Source of the DNA: Chlorokybus atmophyticus
Lineage: Eukaryota; Plantae; Mesostigma and Chlorokybus algae
DNA: 11,879 bases
Direction: 5' to 3'
Assembly (NCBI GenBank): GCA_009103225.1
Contig: RHPI01001794.1
Span: 1 to 11,879 of the forward strand
Shown: positions 8,023 to 11,879 of the stretch, in pieces
Layout of the letters: each line of letters opens with the position of its first letter
Position numbering within the stretch: the stretch's first letter is position 1
Notes under the pieces: generated by a model
Seen by the model: only the letters and a program-made list of their open reading frames with translations
What the model was told of the DNA's origin: nothing
The model's database searches: none
Made by a program: the position numbers and the translations under genes

Positions 8023-8553
8023 ATGCATTATCAATGTCCTGTTCCATTATGGATTCGTGCCGTCACTAGCTATGGGGGCAGCAAAAGATGGGTAAGATGT
8101 AAAATGCTTGTTGCAACCGTAGTGGGCAAAGCACGTGCATCATATGACTTAATCATGCCTACATAGAAAGAAAAGCAGGAAGCCTATCCAATGAAGTTGC
8201 ATTAACCAATCAACTCGTCCGCTACTCACATTAATGCGCGAGTATCTTCTTACTATGCATGCCGAGTTATTGAACATGCTTTCTCTCGCTAGTCACCTTG
8301 GAGTTTGAGCATGAAGAACAGTGCACGTGCTCACTCAACAACCCATGCAAATATATATGGCAACATGGTGTTGCCGCACCATCTGTACGTTACAAGCATA
8401 CACTACCGCATACAAAGTAGCAGCACGTCAATATTTTTATATTCTATAGAGGTTTTCATAAGCGAGAGTTCAAAAGTGAACGAGGAAAGCAGAGTTCCAA
8501 ATCCCAATTGCCTTTGTAGAAAGGTGTGAAAGAGTTCTTGTTCTGCATATTGG

Positions 8554-9786
8554 ATGCGGTGTTACGACACCGAGCGAGTACGTTGGTTTGGTCAATCATC
8601 TTGTTTATTATTGGCATCAAATAAGTTCATGTAAGTTCCAGTGTTCAATACGTTCACTGCTATCTTATGAGCACAATGTGCTTTACGTATGTTTAGGCAT
8701 GGCGCGTAGCACTAATGTTCGTGTGTGTGGCGAATTGTTGTAGTATTCTTGTTGCACAATAACTTAAAAACCGGAAAACAGCAACATGAAGTTAATCCTG
8801 CAGGTCTTTAAGTTCGCGCTACCAGTGACTCAGGTGGCTTCATTGTATCCATCTCTGGTTACTCAAAACTCCCCTCCGCCTCCTGCAGTGCTGCCACTAA
8901 GCCCAGCTAGCCGGACTACACGCCTCCACCCAGTACTGCACCACCTCCACCTCCACCTTCAGCTCCAGAACATCCGCCACCACCTGACTTAGCACCACCT
9001 CCACCTCCACCTCCAAGCCTGTCAGCACCAACTCTAGCGCTAGAACAATTGCCTTCACCTGACTCGGCACCGGTACCAACTCCACCTCCACCTTCAAGCC
9101 CATCAGCCCATGAAGACGGGCCATCCCAACCAACTTCACCTCCAAGTCCATCACCTCCACCTCCAATATTCGGCTCCATTTGACTCTGCACCACCTCCAT
9201 TCTCACCTCCAAGCTCATCACCTTCTGCAGAGGAGCCACCCCCACCACCTTCACCTCCAAGCCCATCACCTCTACCTCCACCTCCACCTCAACCGCCTCC
9301 ACCTCGTTCCGCACCACCTCTACGTCGAAGGATCATCCGCAGGGGGATTTGGTTAGGATGGAAGTGGTTGAAGCCCATCTCCTGAAATTTCTCTTCGGAT
9401 CTTTTAGAATCGTTTCCCAAAGACGGGCCATCCCCACCACCTTACCTCCAGGCCCATCACCTCTGTCTCTACCCAGTCATCCCCACCACGTCATCCTCCA
9501 GCTTCAACCTATTGCCTCCACCTCACAAGGTCATTCCCATCCCCACCCCAACCTCCAAGCCTCCTCCCCACCTCCCTCACCTGCACCACCCCCGAGGAGG
9601 TCCCCACCAGCCCTACCTCCATCACATGTACCTGCTTCCCGTTCACCTCTCCAAGACCACCTCCGCCTTGTCCACCAGCCCCGTCTTCTGCCCACCACCG
9701 TGGTGACCACCGACCAGGTCTTGCCCCAACCTCTATCCACTTCTGCACCGAAGGTCACCTCTCCTCCCCCTCCCTCTGCAAGATGA
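8554..9786 (+). pseudogene. proline/serine-rich (extensin/HRGP-like) secreted protein pseudogene
   Basis: Long SP/PPP tracts encoded by CCA/CCT codons switch frame several times (~8910, ~9168, and further shifts after ~9330). A hydrophobic LVWSIILFIIGIK at 8583-8621 is followed by a GTAAGT donor (8631) and a CTGCAG acceptor (8803). The strand is not certain, because the reverse strand reads Gly-rich. Confidence 0.5.
8930..9320 (+). repeat. low-complexity (CCACCT)n-like tract
   Basis: Many CCACCTCCACCT runs interrupted by short unique segments. Confidence 0.8.
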
Positions 9787-11502
9787 CGTCCTCCTCCCCT
9801 CCAGGAAGAAAAGCTCCGCCTCTGCAGCGGGTCCACCACCACCACAACGCTGATGGCCGTGGCCATAAGCGTTCCCTGCGCCCATGGTTGTGAGCAATTG
9901 CAAAGCCCACGGTCTCAACATATTAACATGGCAACACCTTTGCTTTGGTATGAGCAAGCTCCATGCCCAGCTCATGCATGCAAACCAACTCTTCCTCAAC
10001 TCCCAGCAGGGCAACTGCCAGCACCACAGCACTGAGGGATTCCCAGGTCATAGAATAATTTGACGTTTGCTTAAACCACCCACCAGCAATAAGCAAGCAT
10101 CAACGAAGTATGCAAATTGGTGTATGCTGAAAACTGTTATTGCAATAAGCATGGCCTGTGCAAAGGCCTTGCATGATCAACACATGAGGTACCTTAAGTG
10201 AGGCATTAGCATAATGTTGGCACTGCTGCAGGTTGTAACAAAGAAAGAATAATGTTTGTTGTATGCTATCAATGTAAAGGTTTCCACTTGCAATGATACT
10301 TGTCTGATCCTTCACTTATGGAGACACGCATTGCATGCCCTCAACGCTTTCTTCAAAAACAAGTTATTGTGCGTGATTGCAGTAAGCGACATGGATTGGT
10401 TTGCTTCAATGTTTAACAATCGTAATGTGCCAAGGTGAAAATGTCAGTCATTAATGACATGATGTTCCAAAATTTAAAACCGGATATTGCATTGTAGGGC
10501 ATCAATGATTGCAAGCTGCAAGAACGTAAGAAGTTAAGAAAAGTTTTACATTTAAATGTTGCGGTTTCACGATCTTTGTTCGAATGCTTGCGTGCAAGCG
10601 CGTGAACTACGCATTAACCACAATGACATTACTAATATACAATTATATATTATTAATGCATGTATATGCCATGATAAGTCACGCTATGACATTGTGTTAT
10701 GTTACAGCATAGCAATAGTACGATACATGTATGATATTGCGTTTTGACTCCTATGTGAGTAACAAAGATGTGCATATTGTACAGCATGTATGTTATTTGA
10801 TTCAACTTTTAGCCATGGTCATCAATGTCCACATATATGCTATTATAACCAACACGTGACGCCATGCGCAACATGTGACTATGGCGGTGCATTCACATAT
10901 TATTGTGGCTGCTAGCCTAGTGTCTTTGATGACAAGTTGTCTCATGTGCAAGTTTGTTGATAGTAAGGGCTTTGCCAAAGGTCGGACTAGCCCTTCGCAG
11001 CCTTTGCTTATATGCTTATATGCTTCAACCCTCTTACCCTGTGATGCGTAACCAATTGGTTACAACCTTATGCATTTTGTGCATACTTGCATTGCAAGCA
11101 TGGTTGTGGTTACAAACATTGCATCCAATCTTTGCTTTGTGCTCTTTATAGCACGTCATCATTAGTGCCTTATGTGATACACAGGCTGTATGTCTTATGC
11201 GGTTGGCATCGCCACCTCCGATCCCACATTACTTCATGCTACTACATACAACAAAACATTATATCGCATTGGAAACGCTACAATATCATCATCTCAATAC
11301 CGATACAATTGTTATCTAAACTGCCATTCATATAACGCATGCGTAAATTATCGATATGCACACCATGTGCTTTGCACCTCACCATAACAATGCTCACGTG
11401 GAAATGGTGGGTTTAAACTTGCATGCTTTTTTGCCACAGCAATTGGACTTTAAGCCATGTTCACATGCTACATACTGAAATCTACCGTAGCTGTAACACC
11501 GG

Positions 11503-11528
11503 CGCCTTACCGACTAGGCTATGGCAAT
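11503..11528 (-). other. tRNA-like A-box/D-arm fragment (tRNA relic or SINE head?)
   Basis: The minus strand reads TA-GCCT-AGTCGGTA-AGGC-G, a perfect 4-bp D stem with A14, G15 and G18G19. No proper anticodon stem, T arm or acceptor stem follows. Confidence 0.3.
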
Positions 11529-11879
11529 CATCGTCACTGTCTTAGACTCTCCCTCGGAGGGAGCCACGTGTCAATGGTGTCGCATATGACATTAGCAGAC
11601 GTCTGTTATGCACACGCATGAGGTTACGTGTTGATTGCTATGTACCTCATTGTACGTGTGTCATAAGTTCTGCATATTACACTTGTTACATACAAATGAA
11701 GTTCAACCATAAGTGCCAACATGTTGTAATTATCATTGTTTATTTAAGCAGCTCCATTTATTTCTTCATGCTTCATTCAAGTGCGTCTGCTCGACAATCG
11801 TGGCATTAATTCACCTCACAGACCTCTATTAGCCCTTGTAAGTCCTATAGGCATGGCAGTTTGTTGTGCGAACGCCACC

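Noticed and set aside
8305-8529. 74-aa ORF downstream of the array
   Set aside because: Non-ATG start, AT-rich sequence and no recognisable motif.
8916-9866. Glycine-rich minus-strand ORFs
   Set aside because: They are the reverse complement of the CCA/CCT tract. The plus strand has better supporting signals (signal-peptide-like segment, splice sites), though the minus strand is not fully excluded.
11048-11063. Perfect 16-bp palindrome GTAACCAATTGGTTAC
   Set aside because: One such palindrome in 12 kb is within chance expectation and has no supporting context.
11549-11563. CTCCCTC-G-GAGGGAG resembling fused Stowaway MITE termini
   Set aside because: No TA target-site duplication on either side, and too short to distinguish from chance.
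10100-11879. Short ORFs in the distal AT-richer region
   Set aside because: 60-82 aa, rich in Cys/His/Ile/Tyr as expected from TG/CA-rich noncoding DNA, with no coherent gene structure.

Overview
Eukaryotic genomic DNA. The host is probably from the green lineage (possibly a streptophyte alga), but that is inference only. Positions 1-6833 are a decayed Ty3/Gypsy LTR retrotransposon whose 5' end lies outside the window. Its polyprotein can be read through 8 premature stops and 2 frameshifts as gag-like region, aspartic protease, a complete DNMT3-like C5 cytosine methyltransferase domain, reverse transcriptase, RNase H, integrase and a C-terminal PHD finger where chromoviruses carry a chromodomain. 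The element therefore encodes both a DNA-methylation writer and a histone reader. After a G-rich PPT, the 3' LTR (829 bp, TGTTGA...TTAACA) is amplified as a tandem array of 891-bp units (LTR plus 62-bp spacer; 2 full copies and a truncated third, 5999-8022). Downstream lie a frameshifted proline-rich (extensin/HRGP-like) probable pseudogene (~8554-9786) and ~2 kb of AT-richer noncoding sequence containing a tRNA-like D-arm fragment. DNMT-bearing retrotransposons have precedent in charophytes and dinoflagellates, so the novelty of this particular family needs a database check.
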